From positions 1,515 through 65,514 of the forward strand of contig CAMTXH010000011.1 of NCBI GenBank assembly GCA_947085655.1: a stretch of DNA of 64,000 bases, given 5' to 3'. The notes under the pieces were generated by a model, which saw only the letters and a list, made by a program, of their open reading frames with translations, was not told the DNA's origin and did not search any database. The DNA is from an uncultured Omnitrophica bacterium. Its GTDB lineage: Bacteria > Omnitrophota > Gorgyraeia > JACQQV01. Below, piece by piece: positions 26,360-35,275 of this stretch. How positions within the stretch are numbered: position 1 is the stretch's first letter; every line of letters starts with the position of its first letter. The translations under genes were made by a program, and so were the position numbers.

Positions 26360-27567
26360 AGAAAATTTTTTGTCTTGCGCTCTGCATCAGGGTCGCTACG
26401 GTCTTTGCAGGGATCGGATATGACCGGGATCTTTCCTTCTGGGATATGCGCGATTACGACCGCCATGCCCTGAGTCTTTTGAACGGAAACGGATTCACGA
26501 ACGGCACCTCCTACTCCAGCCGGCCGCCGGTTTATCCCTTTCTCCTTGCCGTGACTTATTTTTTCTTCGGCCACCACTATCACCCGATCCGCCTTTTCCA
26601 ATCGCTCCTCGACTCCTTGAGCATCGTTTTTCTTTTCTTTATCAACAGACGATTTTTCTCGAGACGAGTCTGTTTTTTAGCGGCCCTTTTTTGCACCTTT
26701 CATCCGATCCTTGTTTTTTACTGCGGGAATATTCTGACGGAAACGACGAGTCTTTTTTTGCTTTCCGGGGTGATTCTGGTTTGTTTGCGCGCGGCTGAAA
26801 AGGAGAGTGTAGGGTGGGAAGCACTCGGAGGAATTTTGTTCGGTCTTTTGCTTCTCACCAAAAGTTCGCTTCTTCCCGTCTTCCCGTTTATGGCGATTTG
26901 GATGCTTGGCATACGCCGAATCAAGGTCAATAAGCGGTTGAAACTTTTGGCAACTTTCACCCTTTGCACGGCGCTCGTGATTGCGCCCTGGAGTATCCGG
27001 AATTATCGGATTCACCACGCCTTTATTCCCCTCACCACCTCATCCGGGACATCCTTATGGGATGCGAATAATCCCAAAGCCCTTGAAGCCCCTGAAGTGA
27101 TCGGGCTCCAAGCCGACTGGATCATGGTGGGAAATGTTTTCAAGGAAGAAGGGGGGAAGAAAATCAGACTCTCCGAGGTGGAGGGGGACCGGTATCTCGT
27201 TAAACGCGCCTTCGCGTTTCAGAAGTCGCTCCTTTTGGATCGTCCCGGAACATTTTTGCTCCGGCTTTTCCGGAAATTCCTTGCCGCCTGGAGTTTTCAT
27301 CCGGGCCAGCATCCGGTGGAGTATCTTCTTTTCTTTCTTGCCTACACCCTTGCTCTCGGGGGATGGATTCTTTCTTTAAGGCAAAGACCGAAACCCCTGC
27401 TTCACTATTTCCTGATTCTCCAATATCTGTTGACCGCCCTGGTCTATTACGGAAGGGCCAAATACCGGGTCCCGATCGAACCGTATGTCATGGTTTTCAC
27501 CGCACTTGGTTGTTTGGTTTGCTTGCAATTTCTGAGGAAGGCCTTTTCACTGAGAGGAAAACTTTGA
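26356..27567 (+). CDS. GT-C superfamily glycosyltransferase (PMT/ArnT-like, GT39/GT83-type)
   Basis: TTG start overlapping the upstream stop (TTGA). Loop-1 motif 'DYDRHALSLLNGNGF'. About 11 TM. Confidence 0.7.
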   Translation: MKKIFCLALCIRVATVFAGIGYDRDLSFWDMRDYDRHALSLLNGNGFTNGTSYSSRPPVYPFLLAVTYFFFGHHYHPIRLFQSLLDSLSIVFLFFINRRFFSRRVCFLAALFCTFHPILVFYCGNILTETTSLFLLSGVILVCLRAAEKESVGWEALGGILFGLLLLTKSSLLPVFPFMAIWMLGIRRIKVNKRLKLLATFTLCTALVIAPWSIRNYRIHHAFIPLTTSSGTSLWDANNPKALEAPEVIGLQADWIMVGNVFKEEGGKKIRLSEVEGDRYLVKRAFAFQKSLLLDRPGTFLLRLFRKFLAAWSFHPGQHPVEYLLFFLAYTLALGGWILSLRQRPKPLLHYFLILQYLLTALVYYGRAKYRVPIEPYVMVFTALGCLVCLQFLRKAFSLRGKL

Positions 27568-29306
27568 GAGACCGTTTATGGGAATTCCCACGTTCTTCTC
27601 CGAGACTAATATTTTTCCTGGCAGGTTGCTTCTTTTTAGGACTCGGTTTCTGCCTGGAGCCCCTCTCGCTTACGAGGCTCATCGCGCGATTCTGGCCGGA
27701 TGCCCCGAACCTTTCCTATCGCTTCAGCGGGATGCGCCTCTTTATTAGATCCCTTCAGGGGGCTGGCGTTTTTCTTGTTTTGGCGCCGGTCGTTGAATGT
27801 TTTTTTCCGACAGGCGCGGATTTCCTGTACAAATCGGCAAGGTGGATTCTAGGCCGCTTCGAGAAAAGGGTCTTTCGATTCGTTTTCGTGGCGGGGATCT
27901 TTGTCCTAACCGTTTTACTCGGCTTGCAATGGACCCATTTCCTTCCCATTGTTTCGGATGAACACGCCTACCGTTTTCAGGCCCAGACCTTGGCGGGAGG
28001 GAAGTTATGGGCGCCTGTGCACCCCTTGATGGAATTCTTCAGAGCGGAACAGACGCTTATCTCCGATGGAAAATGGTTCGGCAAGTACCCCTTTGGCTGG
28101 CCGTTGTTCCTTGCATTCGGATTTGGGTTGCGGGCACCTTGGCTGGTCAACCCACTTCTGGGCGTATTTCTTCTCTTTGTGACCTACTTTCTGGCACTCC
28201 GGGTGACGGGTGAACGCCTTGCCGCTGCTGTGGCACTGATTCTTGTTTCGATCTCTCCCTTTTTCCTTCTTCATGCTGTGTCATGGTTTCCTCATGTGGC
28301 AAGCGCACTCTGCATGGGGGGGATGCTCTGGGCGGCGGTCGTGGCCCAGGATGAGCAAAATATGTTTTTGGCGTGGTTGGCTGGATGTCTTTTGGGTCTG
28401 GGGCTGGTCATCCGTCCACAGGATGTCCTGGCGGTCGGGCTGCCGTTCATCATCTTTCTGTTGAGCCGAAAAAGGGCGGGCGGACATAGGATCGTGGTTA
28501 GAATGTTTCCAGGGGTTCTTTGTTTCATTCTGCTGACAGCTGTCTATAACGCCCTCCTGATGGGAGATCCTTTTACTTTTCCTTATCTTGCCTACAACCC
28601 TTTGGAGCGGCTTGGGCTGGGAAGGGGCAACCTTTTTGGAACGGCTCTTCGGCGAAGTCTATTTTATCTTGTCAGACTCCATCTGTGGGTTTTTCCTTAT
28701 GCGCTCGTTTTTCTCTTTGCCCTGATCCGCGTCCGAAAGCACTGGTCGGAGAGAATGCTGGGTTGGTGTCTTATCGGCGTGGCGGGGGTGCCTTTTCTGT
28801 ATTTCCACGAAGGCGGCATCGCTTACGGTCCCCGCTATTATTTTGCAGGAATAATCCCCTTTAGCATTTTGGCGGGCCACGGAATTCTTTTGGCGTTCCG
28901 GCGCCTTTCAGGGGAGACGTGGAAACGCCAGCTTACCGTCTTTCTGCTTGGCTGTCTTCTTCTGAATGTCGCGTATCTCTTTAATCATTCCAAGTCCGTC
29001 CGAGATTGGATCCAGCCCCATGCACTTTCCCGGACCGTCAGGCAGAGACATTTGACAGATGCCCTGATTTTCATTTCTATCAAGAGTTCCTTGGCTTCAA
29101 AGCGGACGGTTTTATCCAATGAACCATTTCTAGAAAGCTCTGTTTTATACGCGGTGGATCTCGGAGCGGAAAATATCAAACTTATCAACTTTTACCCCGA
29201 CAAAAAGCCTTACCTTGCCGTCTTTGACGAGGAGGAAAGGCGTTGGCGGCTTGAACGCCTGATGGAGGAAGGCGATATCCATTCTTTCATCTCTTCTGAG
29301 CGATAG
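27564..29306 (+). CDS. GT-C superfamily glycosyltransferase (ArnT/PMT-like)
   Basis: 'SDEHAYRFQAQTLAGGKLW' is the DExxY loop-1 motif. There is no in-frame ATG clear of the upstream gene, so a TTG at 27564 (TTGA overlap) is proposed. Confidence 0.6.
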   Translation: MRDRLWEFPRSSPRLIFFLAGCFFLGLGFCLEPLSLTRLIARFWPDAPNLSYRFSGMRLFIRSLQGAGVFLVLAPVVECFFPTGADFLYKSARWILGRFEKRVFRFVFVAGIFVLTVLLGLQWTHFLPIVSDEHAYRFQAQTLAGGKLWAPVHPLMEFFRAEQTLISDGKWFGKYPFGWPLFLAFGFGLRAPWLVNPLLGVFLLFVTYFLALRVTGERLAAAVALILVSISPFFLLHAVSWFPHVASALCMGGMLWAAVVAQDEQNMFLAWLAGCLLGLGLVIRPQDVLAVGLPFIIFLLSRKRAGGHRIVVRMFPGVLCFILLTAVYNALLMGDPFTFPYLAYNPLERLGLGRGNLFGTALRRSLFYLVRLHLWVFPYALVFLFALIRVRKHWSERMLGWCLIGVAGVPFLYFHEGGIAYGPRYYFAGIIPFSILAGHGILLAFRRLSGETWKRQLTVFLLGCLLLNVAYLFNHSKSVRDWIQPHALSRTVRQRHLTDALIFISIKSSLASKRTVLSNEPFLESSVLYAVDLGAENIKLINFYPDKKPYLAVFDEEERRWRLERLMEEGDIHSFISSER

Positions 29307-29483
29307 GAGGGAGACTTGGATTGTCAAAAATTCTGCAGGAGCGGCAGATCGTGTGGACCTCCTTCCAATCCGAACGATAGCGGACATTGAAAAGTTTCCG
29401 CGAGCCGCTATAGGCGTCGTTATTCCAGATGGCGCGGAAGGAGTCTTTCTAACGGGGTTCTTCTTGGCAAAAATCTTCCTAAA

Positions 29484-31073
29484 TTATGGTGTTATTTCCC
29501 GCGGTATCTTCCTGTTTTCTCCTCCCCCTTTCCCGCTGGGGTGGGGGCCGATTTTGTAGATATAGGTGGCCTTTACGGGATCCCCAAAGAAAAGTTCTGT
29601 GTCATTTCCTCCCCCCTCAAGCTCCATGCCAAAGACATATCCATAAGTGGAAGACCACCAGGAACCGGCAAATTTGCTCGATAGCCCTGTCGTTCCTGTC
29701 CCATCACTCCCATAAAGGGCGAAGTGGGTGGGCTCAGTTGCCAAGTTGATCGTGGAAGGCAAGTGCGTCCCCTGGCCCCAGACGATGTGCGCCTCTCCGA
29801 CAAAAGTTGTGAATTGGTTGTATTTCCCACGTGTACGGGGCGCAAGGATAAGCAGGTCTTGAAACCCGTCTCCGTCAAAATCTGAAATGAAGTTTGAAAA
29901 ACCGAGCATATCATTCGCATGAGCACTATTCCATACCACGACATCCGGCTGTGTTGCAATATTGCTTTCCGACCCATAGGTAAGGTAGGTATAAACTCCC
30001 CCCTCGCCGCTTACCAGGTCTGTAATCTGATCGCCATCCAGGTCTGCAGTAATTAAGTTAGGATGCCTGCCAGCCCAAGCATAGTTACCCACCCAGTCCG
30101 CAGAGGCAAGACTTCGTTCCGAATTCTTTCCAAAAATCATCTTGATGGGACCCAATTTCGGCGAAACGATGATGTCATTGATTGGATCGCCTGTCTCTGC
30201 ATCAAAATCGCCGTTTAAGTTTCCTACGGCTACTGCATTTCCGTATCTTTTGCCTGTTGTCTCCCCATAGAGATAAAGGTCGACGTTGGACCTGCTCAGG
30301 ACCATCGAAGATTTACTCCAGTCCATCCGGGTTATCACATAGACTTCTCCCCCGTCAGGAAACGCATTGTTCGGACCATCCGCTGAAGGAGCGCCGATGA
30401 GGATATCACTTCTTCCGTCACCATTGACATCTCCTGTTGCAACAGAAAATCCAGCCCGGTCTCCTTCATCTTTTCCAAAGAAGGTAAAACTGGGTTGTTT
30501 CAGGGCAAAATCCCAACTCTTTTCGAGGTTTTCCCTCATCTCTTTTATTGCTTTTCCCAAAACAAGATAAACCTCCCCTTTCTCAACCCGATCGGCTAGA
30601 TTACCCTGACAATTGATATCCAGTTTACAAAAGACAGGCATCCCGAAGAGGATGTCATCAAACCCATCTTGGTCTAAGTCATCCACGGCCATCCAGTGCA
30701 TAGGGTGATCTACAACAACATCGCTGGCCCATGGAGCTCGCTTTTTAGTGACAATCATAAAATCTGCATCTGAAAAACTTCGGCCGTTGCCATTATTATT
30801 GAGCGATGAAAGGGTAGCATCAAAAAAGATGCCGACGTAACTTTGATTCGTTCTCGTTACAGCTCCTCTGAAAATAAGATCAGGCAGTCCATTTCCATCG
30901 ATATCACCTTGCAGGGCTTGGACGGCGGCGCTTCCCACGGATGGGTTACTCCAAAGAATTGTATCTGGACGGTCTTCTCCAAGGTTCTTATCTGGATGCC
31001 CCGCCCAGGCGATCGGAACCAACGAGGCAAATATCATCCCGATCCCTAAAAACCAGCTCAGTATCCTTTTCAT
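29484..31073 (-). CDS. secreted FG-GAP (integrin-alpha-like beta-propeller) repeat protein
   Basis: Signal peptide MKRILSWFLGIGMIFASLVPIAWA. Repeated 'DxDGDG' calcium-binding motifs (VNGDGRSDILIGAP, DFDGDGFQDLLILAP, DIDGNGLPDLIF). AAGGAG SD 8 nt upstream. Confidence 0.75.
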   Translation of the reverse strand: MKRILSWFLGIGMIFASLVPIAWAGHPDKNLGEDRPDTILWSNPSVGSAAVQALQGDIDGNGLPDLIFRGAVTRTNQSYVGIFFDATLSSLNNNGNGRSFSDADFMIVTKKRAPWASDVVVDHPMHWMAVDDLDQDGFDDILFGMPVFCKLDINCQGNLADRVEKGEVYLVLGKAIKEMRENLEKSWDFALKQPSFTFFGKDEGDRAGFSVATGDVNGDGRSDILIGAPSADGPNNAFPDGGEVYVITRMDWSKSSMVLSRSNVDLYLYGETTGKRYGNAVAVGNLNGDFDAETGDPINDIIVSPKLGPIKMIFGKNSERSLASADWVGNYAWAGRHPNLITADLDGDQITDLVSGEGGVYTYLTYGSESNIATQPDVVVWNSAHANDMLGFSNFISDFDGDGFQDLLILAPRTRGKYNQFTTFVGEAHIVWGQGTHLPSTINLATEPTHFALYGSDGTGTTGLSSKFAGSWWSSTYGYVFGMELEGGGNDTELFFGDPVKATYIYKIGPHPSGKGGGENRKIPREITP

Positions 31074-31090
31074 CAGAAATCTCCTTAGGG

Positions 31091-31122
31091 GTCAAAGACA
31101 AAAATAGATCGAGTGGCTCGAT
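31091..31122 (-). terminator. putative intrinsic terminator after the methyltransferase gene, before the FG-GAP gene
   Basis: Perfect 8-bp stem AGATCGAG/CTCGATCT with a 3-nt loop, followed on the minus strand by ATTTTTGTCTTTG. Confidence 0.5.
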
Positions 31123-31181
31123 CTAACCAAAGCATACCTGACAAAATGCCAAAAATCAAGGCGTCCTCTTATCCCATAGCG

Positions 31182-32108
31182 TCAAGAACTCTGTTTACGC
31201 GCGATGACCTCAATGGTTCCTCCTCGGCCCATCGCACTTTCCAGCGTGGCGAAGAGAACTGCCGGGATAAAAAACAAGATCCAAAGGACTTTTGCCAGAA
31301 CCCATCTCCCATGTTTGACGTCATCAAAAAAATCCTGCGAGGGAGGCGGTGTTCCTAATCCAAACAGATGCAAGAGACTCATGCGCCAGCCAAAGACATT
31401 TTGAATAGAGGAAAAGTGATCGAGGGTTAATATTTGGAACCCCATTTTTTCAAGAAACGTTCTGAGAACCTCTTGAGAGAAAAGGGTAAGATGGCGGGGC
31501 GCGTCCAGGTGGTACCAGTATCGACCGAAGAATCTTGCCTGCCAACTCATCCCATTGGGCACGGCAATCACAAGATGTCCGTTCATTTTTAATGCGGCAT
31601 GGACTTTTTCAAGACATAAAAGCGGAGAGGTCAAATGTTCTAATGTATGCCAGAGGGTGATGCAATCATAGTGCCCCTGAGGAAGCAGGACGTCTTCGAT
31701 CGGCGCCTGTTTCACCCTCAGGCCAAAATCCTTCTCCGCCGCCTCCGCACTCTGCCTTGAGAAATCAACCCCCTCAACCTCCCAACCTCTTTTTCTCATT
31801 TCATCCAAGAAAAATCCTCTCCCACAGCCGATGTCGAGAAGTCTCCCCTTTATCGCCACGCTTTCGACCATGCGTACTTTACGTCTTAGATTAAGGTCCT
31901 GCTTTTCTTGATAAGACGGGGGGTAGGCCTTATGAAGCTGATCTTGGGAAAGGGGTGAGGAGAGGTAAATGAGACCGCACTGGACACACGTCAGATAAGT
32001 AAAAGTTCCCTCTGTCTTCCAGTTCAGATCCCCTGCGATTTGAAAGAGTTCTGAGTCCTGCGAACCACATAACGGGCAACTCATCTCCCTCACGACCACA
32101 CCTGGCAT
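31182..32108 (-). CDS. class I SAM-dependent methyltransferase with N-terminal zinc ribbon (paralog of 15362..16219)
   Basis: CPLCGSQ...CVQCG zinc ribbon. Motif I 'LLDIGCGRGFFLDEMRKRGWEVEGVD'. Confidence 0.75.
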   Translation of the reverse strand: MPGVVVREMSCPLCGSQDSELFQIAGDLNWKTEGTFTYLTCVQCGLIYLSSPLSQDQLHKAYPPSYQEKQDLNLRRKVRMVESVAIKGRLLDIGCGRGFFLDEMRKRGWEVEGVDFSRQSAEAAEKDFGLRVKQAPIEDVLLPQGHYDCITLWHTLEHLTSPLLCLEKVHAALKMNGHLVIAVPNGMSWQARFFGRYWYHLDAPRHLTLFSQEVLRTFLEKMGFQILTLDHFSSIQNVFGWRMSLLHLFGLGTPPPSQDFFDDVKHGRWVLAKVLWILFFIPAVLFATLESAMGRGGTIEVIARKQSS

Positions 32109-32132
32109 ACGATCATTGTAAATCCCTTGTAC

Positions 32133-32141
32133 ATTATACCA
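32133..32141 (-). promoter_or_regulatory. extended -10 (TGGTATAAT) for the divergent methyltransferase gene
   Basis: The reverse complement reads TTGGTATAATGTACAAGGGATTTACAATG. The TGnTATAAT is about 25 bp from the ATG at 32108. Confidence 0.45.
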
Positions 32142-32156
32142 AATTTGTTTGTTTCG

Positions 32157-32185
32157 TTGACGTCGGAAACCGTTTGTGATATACT
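32157..32185 (+). promoter_or_regulatory. sigma70-type promoter (TTGACG-17 bp-TATACT) upstream of the alkaline-phosphatase-family gene
   Basis: Near-consensus hexamers with a 17-bp spacer, about 50 bp upstream of the ATG at 32237. Confidence 0.55.
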
Positions 32186-32236
32186 ATTTTTTCAGAACTT
32201 ATTAGAGGCAATAGGGTTATAAACTTTGAGAAGGGT

Positions 32237-34402
32237 TTGATGCGATCCCGTGCCTGTTTTTTCTTTTTCGTCGTTCTTTCAGGATTATTTTTTTCTTCGG
32301 GTTGGCCTCCGCTTTCTGAGGCAGAAGGGGTACCTGAACGCGTCATCATCCTCGGTTTCGACGGCGTGGATCCGACGTTGCTTGAGCGATGGATGGACGA
32401 AGGGGAACTGCCGAACCTCGCCTCCCTCCGTCGGTCCGGAACCTACCTTCACCTCGGAACGACGCTCCCGCCACAGTCTCCGGTTTCATGGGCTGTTTTT
32501 TCAACCGGCATGAACCCGGGCAAGACCCGGATCTTTGATTTTCTCCACAGGACACCCGGAAGTTACCTCCCTGATTTTGCGATGCTCGGGGAAGGGACCC
32601 TGACGATTTTCCCCCATCCGCTCAAGCGGCTTGGGGCTTCTGCGGCGTTTGGTCTTGTTTGGTTCGGTGTTCTTTTTTTTCTTTTGAGACGGAAGCGGCA
32701 CCGGATTCTTTTTTCCGGAGGAATCGGACTTTTGGGATTGACCTCTTTCCTTTTTCTTTGGCAGTGGATTCCGCCCAAGATTCCGAAACCTTTTTCCCGC
32801 AAAGAGGGGCATTCCTTCTGGCAAAGGGCTTCCGAGAAGGGAATCCGGTCGGTCGTGATTCGCGTGCCGGCCAATTTTCCTCCCGAGCCGGTTTCCGGCG
32901 GGAGACTTCTTTCGGGACTCGGGGTGCCGGATGTCCGGAAGACCTTCGGAACTTTTTCCTTCTATACCACCGAACCGCTTCCCCTTTCCGATACCGAGAT
33001 GGGGGGAAAAATCATTCCGGTCCGCTTCCGGGGGAATGAGGTAAAGACATTTGTCTGGGGACCGAAAGATTTCACAAAGCCGGGGCAACCGGACCTTCGC
33101 CCGGAACTCGGCTTGTCGGTTCATCCGGAAACCGGGGAATGCATCATCCGGTTTCAAGGAAAATCCTATACGGTCCGGGAGGGGGAGTGGAGTCCCTGGG
33201 TCCATTTCCGGTTCGATTTGAATCCGCTTCTCCATCTGGATGCGATCGGCCGTTTTTACCTTTTGGAAATTTCCCCCGTCTTCCGGCTCTATCTTTCCCC
33301 GATCCAGTTTCATCCTTCCAGACTCCCCCCGAATATTTCCCTCTCGTTTCCCCGGAATTTTTCGGGTCATCTGGCGGGGGCGGTGGGACTTTACAAAACG
33401 ATCGGATGGCTTCAAGAGACCTGGGGACTGAACGAGGAGCGGCTCGATGAGGAGGGATTTTTGAAGGACCTTTTCCAGACGGAAAAGCAGCTTGAGGAGA
33501 TAATGCTCCATGAACTCGAAAAAGGGGACTGGCGGCTTTTTGTGGGGGTTTTCGAGGGAACGGACCGGATTCAGCATATGTACTGGCGGACCCTGGACCC
33601 GGTACATCCCGCCTATTCGGCAGAACTCGCCTCGCGATACGGGGATGTCATTCTCAAGAGTTACCGGGAAATGGATGAAACGGTCGGGCGCGTCTTGGAG
33701 CGTTTTGTGGACGAGGAGACGGTTCTTTTTATTCTTTCCGACCACGGATTCCGCAGTTACCGGGTGAATGTCAATTTGAATACCTGGCTGGTCGAGGAGG
33801 GATACCTGGTTCTCAAAGGGATGGGGGACATCCGGGACCGGAATCTCGAGGATTTGTTCAACCAGGGGGAATTCTGGCCGAATGTGGATTGGTCCCGGAC
33901 CCGCGCCTATGCCCTCGGACTTACCGGGATGTACATCAATCTGAAAGGGAGGGAGCCGGAAGGAATTGTTTCCCGGGAAGAATACGACGCCGTCCGGGGA
34001 CAACTAGTTCAGGATCTTCTCTCCCTCAAGGATCCTAAAACGGAAACCCACCCCATTTTGAATGTGTACCGCCGGGAAGAGGTCTATTCCGGTCCTTATC
34101 TTGAGGAGGCGCCGGATCTTATCCTCGGATTCGCAGACGGGTACCGGGTCTCCTGGCAGACCGCCCTCGGCGGCATCCCGGCGGAAATCTTTGAGGAGAA
34201 TAACCGGAAGTGGAGCGGGGATCACTGTTCCTACGATCCCTCGGTGACTTCCGGCATCTTTTTCTGCAATCGGAAAGTCGACCGTGATGCGCTCCAAATC
34301 ATGGATCTTGCACCGACGGTATTGGAGATTTTCGGAGTGGGAATCCCTTCCGAAATGGATGGGAAGTCTTTTTGGAAATCGGTTGCGTCTGGTCAGAACT
34401 GA
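32237..34402 (+). CDS. alkaline-phosphatase-superfamily enzyme (type I phosphodiesterase / nucleotide pyrophosphatase-like) with two TM helices inserted in the catalytic domain
   Basis: 'VIILGFDGVDPTLLERW' (metal-binding Asp) and 'FILSDHGF' (DHG motif). Signal/TM at the N-terminus plus an internal hydrophobic pair 'FGLVWFGVLFFLL...IGLLGLTSFLFLW'. Confidence 0.65.
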   Translation: MMRSRACFFFFVVLSGLFFSSGWPPLSEAEGVPERVIILGFDGVDPTLLERWMDEGELPNLASLRRSGTYLHLGTTLPPQSPVSWAVFSTGMNPGKTRIFDFLHRTPGSYLPDFAMLGEGTLTIFPHPLKRLGASAAFGLVWFGVLFFLLRRKRHRILFSGGIGLLGLTSFLFLWQWIPPKIPKPFSRKEGHSFWQRASEKGIRSVVIRVPANFPPEPVSGGRLLSGLGVPDVRKTFGTFSFYTTEPLPLSDTEMGGKIIPVRFRGNEVKTFVWGPKDFTKPGQPDLRPELGLSVHPETGECIIRFQGKSYTVREGEWSPWVHFRFDLNPLLHLDAIGRFYLLEISPVFRLYLSPIQFHPSRLPPNISLSFPRNFSGHLAGAVGLYKTIGWLQETWGLNEERLDEEGFLKDLFQTEKQLEEIMLHELEKGDWRLFVGVFEGTDRIQHMYWRTLDPVHPAYSAELASRYGDVILKSYREMDETVGRVLERFVDEETVLFILSDHGFRSYRVNVNLNTWLVEEGYLVLKGMGDIRDRNLEDLFNQGEFWPNVDWSRTRAYALGLTGMYINLKGREPEGIVSREEYDAVRGQLVQDLLSLKDPKTETHPILNVYRREEVYSGPYLEEAPDLILGFADGYRVSWQTALGGIPAEIFEENNRKWSGDHCSYDPSVTSGIFFCNRKVDRDALQIMDLAPTVLEIFGVGIPSEMDGKSFWKSVASGQN

Positions 34403-34414
34403 AAGGAGAAGACC

Positions 34415-34597
34415 ATGGAAAAGAATTCCTTCACAAACATTCTCATCCTTTTAGGCGGTTTGTCCTTTGGGGTGGGGGTGGTTTGGAAATTGTTCAATCT
34501 TTCCATCATGTTTGAGCCGCTGGTGCTTTGGCGGTTTTCCATCGGGTGTTTGGCCCTTGCGACCGCCCTTTTGCTTCAACGGATCGCCCAAAGGTAA
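34415..34597 (+). CDS. small two-TM membrane protein (60 aa)
   Basis: Good SD (AAAGGAGAAG) 6 nt upstream of the ATG. Fills the gap between co-directional genes. Hydrophobic. Confidence 0.35.
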   Translation: MEKNSFTNILILLGGLSFGVGVVWKLFNLSIMFEPLVLWRFSIGCLALATALLLQRIAQR

Positions 34598-34615
34598 AAA
34601 AGCCGGCATAAACCG

Positions 34616-35275
34616 ATGTGGGAAGGGTGGGCCCTTTGCATCTCTTTTTTGTATGTCCTTGCCGTTTTGGCTGCGGCCAAACAGGCCGAGCAGCGAAAAC
34701 TCGCCTCGTCCTTTGTGCTCCGGAAATTGGCGCATCTCCTCGTCGGAAGTTGGGTGTTGCCCGCCTATTTTTTGTTTGAGCACTGGTGGATGGCGGTGAT
34801 TCCGCCGTTTTGTTTTGTCTGGGCGAACCTCTATCTGGAAAAGCGGCGGTTTTTTTCCTTTGAGGAGGGCGAAGGGTACGGAACGGTCTATTTCCCGATT
34901 TCCATCGTTTTCCTTTTTACCCTTTTTTGGGAGATGCCGCTCCGCCCCTACGCCTGTTCCGGGATTTTGGCCATGGCATGGGGAGATCCCCTCGCCGCCA
35001 TCGTCGGAACAAAATGGGGACGCCTCCGGTTTCCGTTCGCAGCGGGACGCAAGACGGTGGAAGGGTCGCTCGTGATGTTGGGGGGATCCTTTCTGGCCGG
35101 TTGGGTGAGTCTTGCCCTTTTTCAGGGAGGATCCCTCGAGGAGATCTGGATGCCGTCCTTCTCCCTTGCGGCCGTCGCCACTTTGATGGAACTTTTTGCA
35201 GGTCGCGGTCTGGATAATCTTACCGTTCCCCTTGCCACCGCTTTGAGCGGCTACCTTTTCTTTGTGAGAGGATAG
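34616..35275 (+). CDS. CTP-dependent polyprenol (dolichol/phytol-type) kinase family membrane protein (CTP_transf_1-like)
   Basis: 'RKLAHLLVGSWVL', 'GDPLAAIVG' and 'RKTVEGSLVMLGGSF' resemble the dolichol-kinase/phytol-kinase signature. 6 TM. Confidence 0.6.
   Translation: MWEGWALCISFLYVLAVLAAAKQAEQRKLASSFVLRKLAHLLVGSWVLPAYFLFEHWWMAVIPPFCFVWANLYLEKRRFFSFEEGEGYGTVYFPISIVFLFTLFWEMPLRPYACSGILAMAWGDPLAAIVGTKWGRLRFPFAAGRKTVEGSLVMLGGSFLAGWVSLALFQGGSLEEIWMPSFSLAAVATLMELFAGRGLDNLTVPLATALSGYLFFVRG

Noticed and set aside
32501-34003. 500-aa antisense ORF inside the alkaline-phosphatase-family gene. Other long antisense ORFs occur at 10354..11151, 11840..12946, 18473..19720, 24284..25405, 34451..36193, 43353..44936, 52133..53953 and 54521..55735.
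   Set aside because: These are typical high-GC shadow ORFs. They lie entirely within strongly supported sense-strand CDSs, have Arg/Pro/Gly-rich low-complexity translations and no recognisable motifs, and lack an RBS context.
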